DNA of 64,000 nucleotides from Alphaproteobacteria bacterium (GTDB lineage: Bacteria > Pseudomonadota > Alphaproteobacteria > UBA7887): positions 2,144,001-2,208,000 of the forward strand of contig CBDCGL010000011.1 of NCBI GenBank assembly GCA_965216755.1. The letters are read 5' to 3'. Under the pieces are notes generated by a model. The model made no database searches. It saw nothing but the letters and a program-made list of their open reading frames with translations, and was not told the origin of the DNA. Within the stretch, counting starts at the first letter, position 1; each line of letters opens with the position of its first letter. A program made the translations under genes and the position numbers. Below are positions 1-8,876 of the stretch, one piece after another.

Positions 1-1510
1 GTACAAGGCGTGCCGCGCCGCCGGGGTCAGTGGTCAGATTGACCGGTATCGCTGGCGGTACCGCATCAGAACTGACCATGTCCTTTCGATAGGATAGCCG
101 CCAGGCATTGCCGTCGACCATCATCGTCGGGTGGCCGCCCTTGGCGGCAAAACGTGCGACGGCGCGCCCATCAACAACGACCTGCTGCGGCAACGACACA
201 TCGGCCGCGGCGTCGAAACCAACAAATTCGAACGCCGCCGGTGCGTCGAACATAACCCACAGATTATCGGCACGTTGAAACGCGGCTGCCGCCACGGGAA
301 CTTGCCATGCAAATTGGATATCGCTACCACCCGGCGCGGCAATGTGCTCCACTCGAACCGCTGCGGCGGCAACCGATGGCGTGCCCTCCGCTTTGGTCGA
401 GGCATCTTCGACTTCGGCAGTCGCGTCGGACTCGCCGACCTCTTCATTGGTCAGCGGCTCGGCGGTTTCTGTCAATGGCTCTGCGTTGGGGAATTCCGAC
501 CCCGCGATTTGGGAATCCCGATCGTTGGCGTCAGGCGCATCGCCATCCAGCGGCGGCGCATCGGGGTCGGTGCTATTTTGATTCTCCGCGCCGTCATCAG
601 TCGCAAGGGCGCCGTCCGCATCGGTACCCGTCGCATCGGTGGGTACTGCATCGCCCTCCGATTCCACCAACGCATCGATGATCTCGGCAGCCGACAAACC
701 GTCGCCCGTGGCGTCCGCCGGCGCGGCTTGCACGTTTAGGTCCGGACGAATATCCAAGACCACTTTGTCTTCATAACCGAAATGGTCAATCGATGACGGC
801 CGGGCCAGAGACAGCCGCACCGTTGACTGACCGGAATCGCTGTCGACCGCCATATCGGCGATGGACGGCGGTAAGCGCGATCGCAATCGCGCGGCGTCGA
901 TGGTCGCCGCCCTTGCGAACTCTATGATTTGTTGGTCACCATCGGCACGCACGCGATATTCGACAGGCGCCGGCCAATCAAATACGACCCTGTCGTAATC
1001 GTCATGCTCACCAAAGCGAACGGTGACGAAGGGTGCCGTTTGTCCGTCTGAATCGACGCTGGCGCGTGCGGTGTTGACATTCGGGGCGGTCGCCGATGGG
1101 TCGGTTGGTGGCGGCGCCGGTGTCGCTGTTTGTTCGCTATCGCGGACCAGGTCGATCACAACCATGCTGCCGCTGTTGAAGCTTCGCGGCACGAACGGCT
1201 CCAACAAGCGAAAATTGAACGTACGACCTCCGTCGCTGACACCGCCCGCCTGTATGATTGAGGTCAGCGCTGCCAGCGACTCGTCGAACGCAGGGTCCAG
1301 CGCGCGTTCGAATGTGACACGCAATTGGCCGCCGTTGTTTGAGAGCGTGTGTTGTGTTAGTTCCGGCAGGTCGAAAACCAGCCTGACATAGCTATCGTGG
1401 TCCCATGCCCGCACGACGACACTTTGTTCCGTTTGTGCCATCCCGGACCTGACAAGGCCGACCAACAGCACGCAAATGGTAATGGTGAAGAAACGGCCGA
1501 CCCGTGTCAT
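1..1510 (-). CDS. Large exported flagellar-associated protein, 5' part only (MotK/CC2058-like candidate); runs off the window edge
   Basis: Absent from ORF track because there is no stop in the window. Manual translation from ATG at 1510: signal peptide MTRVGRFFTITICVLLVGLVRSGMAQ, repeats RAWDHDSYVRLVFDLP and RFGEHDDYDRVVFDWP, acidic linker, then AAAAFQRADNLWVMFD; last gene of the fliL operon. Confidence 0.7.
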   Translation of the reverse strand, partial: MTRVGRFFTITICVLLVGLVRSGMAQTEQSVVVRAWDHDSYVRLVFDLPELTQHTLSNNGGQLRVTFERALDPAFDESLAALTSIIQAGGVSDGGRTFNFRLLEPFVPRSFNSGSMVVIDLVRDSEQTATPAPPPTDPSATAPNVNTARASVDSDGQTAPFVTVRFGEHDDYDRVVFDWPAPVEYRVRADGDQQIIEFARAATIDAARLRSRLPPSIADMAVDSDSGQSTVRLSLARPSSIDHFGYEDKVVLDIRPDLNVQAAPADATGDGLSAAEIIDALVESEGDAVPTDATGTDADGALATDDGAENQNSTDPDAPPLDGDAPDANDRDSQIAGSEFPNAEPLTETAEPLTNEEVGESDATAEVEDASTKAEGTPSVAAAAVRVEHIAAPGGSDIQFAWQVPVAAAAFQRADNLWVMFDAPAAFEFVGFDAAADVSLPQQVVVDGRAVARFAAKGGHPTMMVDGNAWRLSYRKDMVSSDAVPPAIPVNLTTDPGGAARLV

Positions 1511-1557
1511 CGTGCCTCGGTGTTCATGGCGCGGCAGCGTTCCTTAAACAGCAGGTT

Positions 1558-2283
1558 TCATGGGACCAACGCGTTGTCGCGACCGCCATCTTGTCGAATG
1601 ATAATATCGACGCGCCGTGCCAGTTGATATCGCCGCGGTGCCGAAATCCGCACCGAAAGGTCGCGAAATCGGCTGTCTGCCAAACCAAATGCATCGATCG
1701 GCCGTCGGTATCCAGCCCCACGCAACGCGTTCGCGACCGCCATCGCACGCCCCAGCGAGAGTTCCCAATTTGAGGGATATATGCTGTTGCTGACCGGTTC
1801 GGGATCGGTGTGACCGTTCACCTCGACCCGGTTACCGAGATGGCGGAGTTGATCGCCGATAAGTCCAACAGAGTCGCGCGCTTTCGAATTCAAAGTCACA
1901 CCGCCAACATCGAATAAGTCATCGCTTGGCAATGATATGACCAAACGATCGTGCAATTGATGCAATACTACTTGCTTTAATACCGGATCGTCAGCCATTT
2001 TTTGTCCGAGAAGTGTTCGCAGATAGTCAAGACTATAGGCTTTGGCCAGATCGATTTTCGGGATATCCATATCCACCGACGGCTTCGGCCGGGTCATTTC
2101 TGACGCTGGATTGAATTGCTGGGCCAGTGCGCTGACAATTGCCTCGAACTCCTCCTGTTCGAGCGTGGACATGGAGAACAGCATGACGAAGAACACCAGC
2201 ATCAATGACACCAAGTCGCCAAACGAAAGCATCCAGGCTTCCGGATCTGGCCCGGGCGCGCTTGGTTCTTCTTCTTCGTCCAT
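1558..2283 (-). CDS. motB: Flagellar stator protein MotB
   Basis: TM motif WMLSFGDLVSLMLVFFV with conserved Asp; OmpA-like motifs GHTD, NWELSLGRA, RRVDII. Confidence 0.88.
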   Translation of the reverse strand: MDEEEEPSAPGPDPEAWMLSFGDLVSLMLVFFVMLFSMSTLEQEEFEAIVSALAQQFNPASEMTRPKPSVDMDIPKIDLAKAYSLDYLRTLLGQKMADDPVLKQVVLHQLHDRLVISLPSDDLFDVGGVTLNSKARDSVGLIGDQLRHLGNRVEVNGHTDPEPVSNSIYPSNWELSLGRAMAVANALRGAGYRRPIDAFGLADSRFRDLSVRISAPRRYQLARRVDIIIRQDGGRDNALVP

Positions 2284-2310
2284 GGACCTACCCTCCGATG
2301 TCCGAAGCCG

Positions 2311-3006
2311 TCACTGGATACGCTGCGGCGTCACGGTGACAGAGCGGAAATCGACTTTCGCCTGTTCGACAACACGCACGAAAAAGGTCATCTCAACCAT
2401 CGACGGATCGCCGGGTTGGGCCCCAATCAAAATCGATTCGGCTGGCACCGCGCGCGCCACCAAACCGCGGGCAAATGCGCCCGCTCGGGCCACCTGCAAG
2501 ACCCGGCCTGAAACGATCTCGTCGGACAAGAAAGGTCCGGTAAAGGTCGAGAACTCCATTTCGTAGCGAAGCCCGACGGCGCGACGCGAAAGGGATTGAA
2601 TAATCCGGTTGACCAAGTCCTGGCGGTCGGCGCGTAGGGTGGCACTGTTGGCTTCGAACAGCTGGTCCGCCGGCAGTTTGATGCGCATGACACGCCCGTC
2701 AGAGAAAAGCTCGATGCGGGCCAGTGGCACGGCAACTTCGAAAAAGTCGCGAACTTCCTGATGGTATTCGTCCACGGCCAGATTCTGTCCTATGCTGGCC
2801 GTAAACTCCGTGGGCGTGAGCGTGTTGAGGATCTCGCTGGAAAACGTTGCCAGTAGGCTGCCCATCACTGCTTTGACGCGGTCTTCTTTGAGCGTCGCCA
2901 TGGTGTTGAGAAGCACAAAAAACGCCAGCAGGATCAGATAGAGGCCGAGGAATAGCGCGAGTGTTGGATCCTTTGGTGCTTCTTTTTGTTCTTCTTCCTC
3001 GTCCAT
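2311..3006 (-). CDS. MotB-like protein with degenerate TM and peptidoglycan-binding motifs
   Basis: Same MDEEEE start and architecture as the neighbour (TM LLAFFVLL, LPADQLF), but no TM Asp and no GHTD. Confidence 0.65.
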   Translation of the reverse strand: MDEEEEQKEAPKDPTLALFLGLYLILLAFFVLLNTMATLKEDRVKAVMGSLLATFSSEILNTLTPTEFTASIGQNLAVDEYHQEVRDFFEVAVPLARIELFSDGRVMRIKLPADQLFEANSATLRADRQDLVNRIIQSLSRRAVGLRYEMEFSTFTGPFLSDEIVSGRVLQVARAGAFARGLVARAVPAESILIGAQPGDPSMVEMTFFVRVVEQAKVDFRSVTVTPQRIQ

Positions 3007-3018
3007 GCCGAAAGGCGC

Positions 3019-3645
3019 CTAGTCTAGGCTGGCAAACAACGCATCAATGTCCGCTTGATTCTTGGCCTCCCCGGGCAAAGCCGGTCCATTCAGAAGTCGG
3101 CTCTCGTCCGTCGGGTCGACAGGACCATCAGCCGTTTGTTCTGTATTGCCGACCAACGCCGATGCCTGCTGTTCAACCGCCTTCAAGGTCGTAATGACTT
3201 TCGTTACCCGTTGGCCGGTCAAGTCCTGAAATGCACAAGCTTCGAATATCCGTGTCACGTGCTGGCGCATCACCGCAGCGGATTCGCCGGTTGCGGCGCT
3301 GACCATTTCTTCGATCTGCTCGGCCGCATCCATGATTTCATTTGATGCCGATTCGGTCGCGGTGACGATCGCATCCAATTCATCCGTGGCACCGTCAAAA
3401 TGCATCAGATGGCCGTGGGCCGACTGATCGCCGACCAGCGAATCGCGGAACGCGCGAATGTGCGCCAATACGCGCTCCAAGCCTTGCTTGAGGCTTTGAT
3501 TCTCTTCGCTTAGCTGTTGGGCCACGGCATCAACCGCGCGTTCCACCAGGCCGGCGGCATCGCCGATTTCGACGAGCCCGTTTTCCGGATCACCGATCGC
3601 CTCTAAGCGACGTTCAATTTCCTTGCGAACTTGTGCCGACGCCAT
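3019..3645 (-). CDS. cheZ: Chemotaxis phosphatase CheZ (alphaproteobacterial type)
   Basis: ELDAIVTATESA..IMDAAE, FEACAFQDLTGQR, C-terminal QADIDALF. Confidence 0.85.
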   Translation of the reverse strand: MASAQVRKEIERRLEAIGDPENGLVEIGDAAGLVERAVDAVAQQLSEENQSLKQGLERVLAHIRAFRDSLVGDQSAHGHLMHFDGATDELDAIVTATESASNEIMDAAEQIEEMVSAATGESAAVMRQHVTRIFEACAFQDLTGQRVTKVITTLKAVEQQASALVGNTEQTADGPVDPTDESRLLNGPALPGEAKNQADIDALFASLD

Positions 3646-3680
3646 AACGTCTCACCGAACTTCCAACCCGCGCCGCGGCG

Positions 3681-4067
3681 TCAGAAAGCCCCCAAAACCG
3701 AGCTCATTTTGGCGCGCAGCGTTTCCGCATTGAACGGTTTGACAATGTAGTTGTTGACCCCGGCTTCCTTCGCCGCAACGACATTCTCTGTCTTGCTTTC
3801 CGCGGTGATCATAATGAACGGCGTGGTTTTCAAATTGTCGTCCGAACGAACTTCTTTCAACAATTGCAAACCCGTCATCGGCTCCATATTCCAATCGGAT
3901 ATGACCAGCCCGAATTCGCCTTCGCGCATTTTTTGTAACGCTTGCGAGCCATCGGTCGCCTCTTCGACGTTCTGGAACCCGAGTTGCCGCAATAGGTTGC
4001 GAATAATCCGCAACATTGTCTTATAGTCATCGACTATGAGGACGGTCATGTCCTTGTCTACAGCCAT
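3681..4067 (-). CDS. cheY: Chemotaxis response regulator CheY
   Basis: VLIVDDYKTM, ISDWNMEPMTG, YIVKPF; probable ATG at 4067 (MAVDKDM) gives 128 aa. Confidence 0.92.
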   Translation of the reverse strand: MAVDKDMTVLIVDDYKTMLRIIRNLLRQLGFQNVEEATDGSQALQKMREGEFGLVISDWNMEPMTGLQLLKEVRSDDNLKTTPFIMITAESKTENVVAAKEAGVNNYIVKPFNAETLRAKMSSVLGAF

Positions 4068-4133
4068 TCCGAAACCTCCACCCCACCAACCAGGGTCGCG
4101 TCTGCGGAGCATGCCAAACGGTCGGCATGATCC

Positions 4134-4811
4134 CTAATACTGAGCAATTAGCTCATCCGTGGGCGTCTTCAACACCCTTTTTTCCGCCAATTCCACAGTC
4201 AGCATCTTGGCCTTGGCGGTTTCCATTTTTCCGATGATGACGGCCGCCTTCGCATTCTTCATGCGCTCAACGATGTCAACGAGATAGGACAACTCAAGCT
4301 CATTGAAAACCCTAGCGGCATCTTTCGGCTTCATTTTCTCGTAGTAAATCGCCAACGTCTTAAGATCTTGTTCCTGTTCGGACTCATATTCGGCCATTAG
4401 GCCTTCGACTTCGGTCTTTAGACGCTTCCAATCCTCGATCCGGCTTTCCAGCGTGTGTTCGGCGGCCATAATCGTGTTCTCGCGCATATCAAGCCGCGCC
4501 TCGCGCGCGTCAAGTTCCCGACGCCGATCGCGAAGGCGTTGTAAAACATCGATTTCCGCGTCCGTCAGCGCATCACTGTCGAGCAAAGGCTCTTCTTCGG
4601 CCACCACCCCTTCGGCGCCCGTTGTACCAGCGTCGCCATCTTCCTCAAGCAAGTCCGTTGGTCGCTCACCGGGCGCCTGTTGCGCCAATGAAGGGGAAAT
4701 CGTGATTTCGGGCGCCGTGTCGGTGTAATCGTCCCACAATCCGCCCACCTTGACGGTCAGCAACAATGAGGCTGCGAAGATCGTTAGAGGCAAGACGCGC
4801 AATCGAATCAT
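4134..4811 (-). CDS. motE: MotE family periplasmic motility protein
   Basis: N-terminal hydrophobic segment, coiled coil, YEKMKPKDAARVF motif; position downstream of fliM. Confidence 0.75.
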   Translation of the reverse strand: MIRLRVLPLTIFAASLLLTVKVGGLWDDYTDTAPEITISPSLAQQAPGERPTDLLEEDGDAGTTGAEGVVAEEEPLLDSDALTDAEIDVLQRLRDRRRELDAREARLDMRENTIMAAEHTLESRIEDWKRLKTEVEGLMAEYESEQEQDLKTLAIYYEKMKPKDAARVFNELELSYLVDIVERMKNAKAAVIIGKMETAKAKMLTVELAEKRVLKTPTDELIAQY

Positions 4812-4823
4812 TGTGGCACCCCG

Positions 4824-5273
4824 CTAGTCGCCCTTGCCCAACGCGGCGATAAGTTCTTTTTCGCTGCGGGAGCGGCCGGTCCCCACACGAGGCGCGGTGG
4901 GAGTAGCGGCGGCAGCGCTATCTTTTGGCTTGGCAGACGGCTTTCGCGCGCTGCGCCGCTGGCGCGTGCCCGCTTCAACCTGATCTGTCAATTTGCCGGC
5001 CCGGTGAATCAGCATGTCAAGGTCACTGACCAAGACGCGGCCCTCTTCGAGTTTCTGCCCAAGTGACGTCTCAACATCCGCGGCTGTTTCTTTCAAAGCG
5101 TTGAGATTGGCTTCGGCGCGCGACGCAGCCTGGTCAAACGTCGCGATATGCGCCTGCATGTCGTTTTGCGCGCCGCGCAGGATGCTCAGCTTGCGGTGAA
5201 CCACCACGCAATAGCCAATCGTAATCAGTAAGAGCACGACCAAAAGAACATCAATGAGCAGTGTCGTGGTCAT
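4824..5273 (-). CDS. DUF6468/PflI-like membrane-anchored coiled-coil protein
   Basis: N-terminal TM (LLLITIGYCVVVHRKL), coiled coil, C-terminal RSEKELIAAL; 4-bp overlap with fliM. Confidence 0.65.
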   Translation of the reverse strand: MTTTLLIDVLLVVLLLITIGYCVVVHRKLSILRGAQNDMQAHIATFDQAASRAEANLNALKETAADVETSLGQKLEEGRVLVSDLDMLIHRAGKLTDQVEAGTRQRRSARKPSAKPKDSAAAATPTAPRVGTGRSRSEKELIAALGKGD

Positions 5274-6343
5274 TGCTGCGGTCTTTGCTCCTTGAGTTTC
5301 TTCTCGACTTGAACCGCCATCGCGCTGCCGGCGCGGCCAACCAAGCCGGTCAACATGGTGATCCCGCCACAGCGCATTTCGACTTGCGATTCCGAGGTCG
5401 CACTTAGCAGCAATGTGTCGCCGACCTTGAGGTTCATGATGTTCTTCAGCGGCAGCACCTGCTCGTCAAGAACAGCGTCAAGCTCGACATCAGTCACCCA
5501 TAACTCGCTCGCCAAATGGCCTTCCCAAATCGAGTCACGGCCGAACTTCTCGCCCATGAACATCTGCAGCAGGATTTCACGTATCGGTTCCAATGTGGCG
5601 TAGGGCAGCAACAGCTCCAAGCGGCCGCCACGATCTTCCATGTCAATGCGCAAACTCGCCACGATGGCCGCATTGCCGGGGCGTACAATTGTGGCAAAAC
5701 GTGGGTTGGTCTCAAGACGGTCAAACTGGAAAGTCACCGGGCTCAAAGGCTCGAACGACATGCCTATGTCGTGCAAAACGACGCTCACCATGCGCTCAAC
5801 CAGATTGCGTTCGATTGTCGTATAGGGTCGCCCCTCGATACGCATCGCCGCGGTGCCGCGCCGACCGCCAAGCAGAACGTCGACAATCGAATAGATAAGC
5901 GCGCTATCGACCGTGATCAGGCCGTAATTGTCCCATTCCACCGCTTTCGAGACGGCCAGCATCGCTGGCAATGGAATTGAGCTCAAATAGTCACCGAAGC
6001 GCACGGACGTGATGCGATCCAGCGAAACCTCGACATTGTCGGACGTGAAATTGCGCATTGACGTCGACATTAGCCGTACCAGACGATCGAAGACGACCTC
6101 CAGCATCGGCAGGCGCTCGTACGAAACGAGCGACGAATTGAGCATGGCGTGAATGCCAGAGCGATCTTCTTCGGCATTGCCATGCTCACGGAAGCCAAGC
6201 AGACTGTCGATTTCATCTTGACTGAGGACGCGCGTGGATTGAGCGGCCATGTTGGCGGTTTCTTGACCGCCGCCGCCTTCCTCCTCCTCTTGCATCATGG
6301 CCTCCCATTCGGCGGCCATTGCTTCATTGAGGTCTTCAGACAT
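5270..6343 (-). CDS. fliM: Flagellar motor switch protein FliM
   Basis: VLSQDEIDSLLG CheY-binding peptide, YERLPMLEVVFDRL, SpoA-like C-terminus. Confidence 0.95.
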   Translation of the reverse strand: MSEDLNEAMAAEWEAMMQEEEEGGGGQETANMAAQSTRVLSQDEIDSLLGFREHGNAEEDRSGIHAMLNSSLVSYERLPMLEVVFDRLVRLMSTSMRNFTSDNVEVSLDRITSVRFGDYLSSIPLPAMLAVSKAVEWDNYGLITVDSALIYSIVDVLLGGRRGTAAMRIEGRPYTTIERNLVERMVSVVLHDIGMSFEPLSPVTFQFDRLETNPRFATIVRPGNAAIVASLRIDMEDRGGRLELLLPYATLEPIREILLQMFMGEKFGRDSIWEGHLASELWVTDVELDAVLDEQVLPLKNIMNLKVGDTLLLSATSESQVEMRCGGITMLTGLVGRAGSAMAVQVEKKLKEQRPQQ

Positions 6344-6375
6344 CCTCGTTAGCTCCGCAATTGATCACAGGCTGA

Positions 6376-6942
6376 TTAGCCTTGGACCAAGATCTCCTTG
6401 AATAGAATGTCGTACACGCGAATCGGATCGAGCGCCGCGTTGACACGGACCAGTAGCTCTTCCTTCAAGCGATAGACTCCCTTTGTGCCGTGCAGCTCAG
6501 GCGGGCGCAATTCGCGCAAATACACTTGGAAATTGTCGACAATACGCGGCAAAACGGCTTCAACCTCTGGCACGGCGGCCGGATCACCCAGTTCCAAGCT
6601 GACCTGAATTTTTAGAAAGCTGGCCTGGCGCCCGGCGGTGTTCAAGTTCACCAGCAATTCCGGCAGATCGTAGAACACGGCCTCATGCGGCTCTTCCTCG
6701 GCCAATTCCGCGAGTTCGCCGTCGGCACCAGCTTCGGCGCCTTCTTCACCTTCGGCGACCTCTTCCTCGCCGCCGCCCAAAATACCGCTAAAAAACACGC
6801 CGGCGCCGGCGCCGCCCAAAAGCAGCAAGGGCAAGACCACGAACAACACCAGCTTTTTACCGCTGAGTTTCTTTTTCGGCTTATCGGCTTTTTCGCCGTC
6901 TTCGCCTTCGACTTCAGCGTCTTCCGCAGCTTCGTCGGACAT
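6376..6942 (-). CDS. fliL: Flagellar basal body-associated FliL
   Basis: Single TM after KKKLSGKKL; LVNL, PRIVDNFQVYLRELR, LKEELLVRVN; probable start MSDEAA at 6942. Confidence 0.9.
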   Translation of the reverse strand: MSDEAAEDAEVEGEDGEKADKPKKKLSGKKLVLFVVLPLLLLGGAGAGVFFSGILGGGEEEVAEGEEGAEAGADGELAELAEEEPHEAVFYDLPELLVNLNTAGRQASFLKIQVSLELGDPAAVPEVEAVLPRIVDNFQVYLRELRPPELHGTKGVYRLKEELLVRVNAALDPIRVYDILFKEILVQG

Positions 6943-7097
6943 CGTCCCTCCCCTCTCTTGCCCCAGAATTATTTCGGTTTCTTGGGGGTTCAGCCTGGTG
7001 GACAACCCCGTTTTCGCTGCCCGAAACAGTACGATTTAGACCTTAACAAGCAGTTTCGTGGCCGGATTACCGGGACCGATCTCTGGTACGAATTGCC

Positions 7098-7113
7098 GGG
7101 CAGGCTTTGCCGG
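7098..7113. promoter_or_regulatory. FlbD-type ftr enhancer candidate between divergent fliL and flgF
   Basis: GGGCAGGCTTTGCCGG (GGCA-N5-TGCC dyad) about 130 bp upstream of the sigma54 box. Confidence 0.5.
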
Positions 7114-7240
7114 TTGAACCTCTCCAAGCCCGCATCGACGGTTGGCGATGCGGGCACAGGGACGCCTTTCGACGGCCAAACAAGCGCCGTCGCGCGGGGT
7201 TTCCGGTAGCAGGAGCCATGGATCGCGTCGCCGGGAACAG

Positions 7241-7256
7241 TGGCATGCCGATTGCT
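7241..7256 (+). promoter_or_regulatory. Sigma54 promoter of flgF operon
   Basis: TGGCAT-GCCGA-TTGCT matches TGGCAC-N5-TTGCW. Confidence 0.75.
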
Positions 7257-7320
7257 TTAGACAAGCCGGCCACAGAGCACCAAGTTCGGCCAAAATTTTT
7301 GGAGACCAGCGGATCACGCC

Positions 7321-8037
7321 ATGGACAACACGCTTTATATAGCCCTTTCGAAACAAGCCGCGCTGCGCCGGCAAATGGACATGGTCGCCCACAACATGGC
7401 CAATATTAATACCGGCGGCTACAAGTCCGAGGGGCCGCTGTTCATCGAATACATTGAATCGCCGGCCCGGCAAAAGCCGCTGACCTTCGTTCAGGACTAC
7501 GGCACAGTGCGCGACCTCAGCGCCGGCCCCATGGTCAAGACCGGCAATCAATTAGACGTGGCGATCCACGGCGACGCCTATTTCGCGGTCGATACCGAAC
7601 GTGGCACCCGCTACACCCGGAACGGCCATTTCGAAATCAACGCCAAAAGCGAACTGGTCACCTCGGCGGGCTATCCGTTGCTCGATGTTGATTCCCGTAA
7701 GATATTGATACCACAGGGAGAAACCGAATTCACGATCGGAACGGACGGCACTTTATCCGGCCGCCTCGGCCAAATCGCGCGCCTCAAATTGGTCGCGTTC
7801 GACCAGCCGCGCGCCCTGAAACGCGAGGCAGACAGCCTGATGGTCAGCCAGGACCGGCCGATCGAACCGCGCGACGCCACCGTGGTGCAAGGCATGCTTG
7901 AGACCTCGAACGTCAAGCCGATCCGGGAACTGACGTCCATGATCGATTTGCTGCGATCGTACCAATCCAACAATGACCTGATCCGTAGGGAAGAAGAGCT
8001 ACAACAAAAAACCGTCGAACGCGTGATGCGCGTCTAG
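7321..8037 (+). CDS. flgF: Flagellar basal-body rod protein FlgF
   Basis: AHNMANINTGGYK, TGNQLDVAI, YTRNGHF, LETSNV. Confidence 0.92.
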   Translation: MDNTLYIALSKQAALRRQMDMVAHNMANINTGGYKSEGPLFIEYIESPARQKPLTFVQDYGTVRDLSAGPMVKTGNQLDVAIHGDAYFAVDTERGTRYTRNGHFEINAKSELVTSAGYPLLDVDSRKILIPQGETEFTIGTDGTLSGRLGQIARLKLVAFDQPRALKREADSLMVSQDRPIEPRDATVVQGMLETSNVKPIRELTSMIDLLRSYQSNNDLIRREEELQQKTVERVMRV

Positions 8038-8080
8038 CCGTGCGCGCGCGACCAAACGGGATAATGGAGGCTCACAAAAC

Positions 8081-8866
8081 ATGAGATCGCTGAATATCGC
8101 CGCCACCGGCATGCAGGCCCAACAGCTGAATGTCGAAGTCATCTCGCACAACATCGCCAATATGACGACGACCGGCTTTAAGCGCCAGCGCCCGGAATTC
8201 CAGGATTTGCTTTACCAAAGCGAGCGGCGTGTCGGCTCGACTTCGTCGGAAACCGGCTCGGTGGTCCCGTCGGGCATCCAAATCGGTCTTGGCGTGCGCA
8301 CCGCGGCCGTCTATCGAATCACCGAGCAGGGCAACGCCATTGGAACGGGCGCGCCCTTCGACCTCGCGATCCAAGGCAAGGGCTGGTTTCAGATCACCCT
8401 GCCGAGCGGCGAAACTGGCTACACCCGCGCCGGGTCGTTTCAAATGAGCCCCTCTGGCGAGATCGTCACAGCCGACGGCTACACGGTTCAGCCCGGTATT
8501 ACCATACCGGCCGATGCGGTCGATATCAGCATCAGCGCCAGCGGCGACGTCGAGGTCAAGGTCGCCGGGCAGGTGTCGCCGCAGAATGTCGGCACGATCC
8601 AACTCGTGAATTTCCCCAACGAGGCCGGCTTGGAATCGATCGGTACCAATCTGTTTCTCGAAACGCCATCCTCGGGGACCGGCACCACAGGCACGCCAGG
8701 GTCAAATGGCTTTGGCACCCTGCTGCAAGGCTTTCTCGAGACGTCGAATGTGAATGCCGTCTCGGAGATCACCAATCTGATCACCGCGCAGCGCGCCTAT
8801 GAAATGAACTCTAAGGTCATCACCACATCCGACGAGATGATGGCGGCGGTTAGCCAGCTGCGTTAA
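8081..8866 (+). CDS. flgG: Flagellar distal rod protein FlgG
   Basis: MRSLNIAATGMQAQQ, FQDLLYQ, ITAQRAYEMNSKVI. Confidence 0.96.
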   Translation: MRSLNIAATGMQAQQLNVEVISHNIANMTTTGFKRQRPEFQDLLYQSERRVGSTSSETGSVVPSGIQIGLGVRTAAVYRITEQGNAIGTGAPFDLAIQGKGWFQITLPSGETGYTRAGSFQMSPSGEIVTADGYTVQPGITIPADAVDISISASGDVEVKVAGQVSPQNVGTIQLVNFPNEAGLESIGTNLFLETPSSGTGTTGTPGSNGFGTLLQGFLETSNVNAVSEITNLITAQRAYEMNSKVITTSDEMMAAVSQLR

Positions 8867-8876
8867 TCCCAGCGGC

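Noticed and set aside
121-1391. Several ORF-track calls in the first 1.4 kb (e.g. 131-739 +, 1023-1391 +)
   Set aside because: Shadow frames of the unlisted minus-strand gene starting at 1510
7036-7048. Possible CtrA site upstream of fliL (TTAGACCTTAAC)
   Set aside because: Only a half site; spacing does not fit TTAA-N7-TTAA
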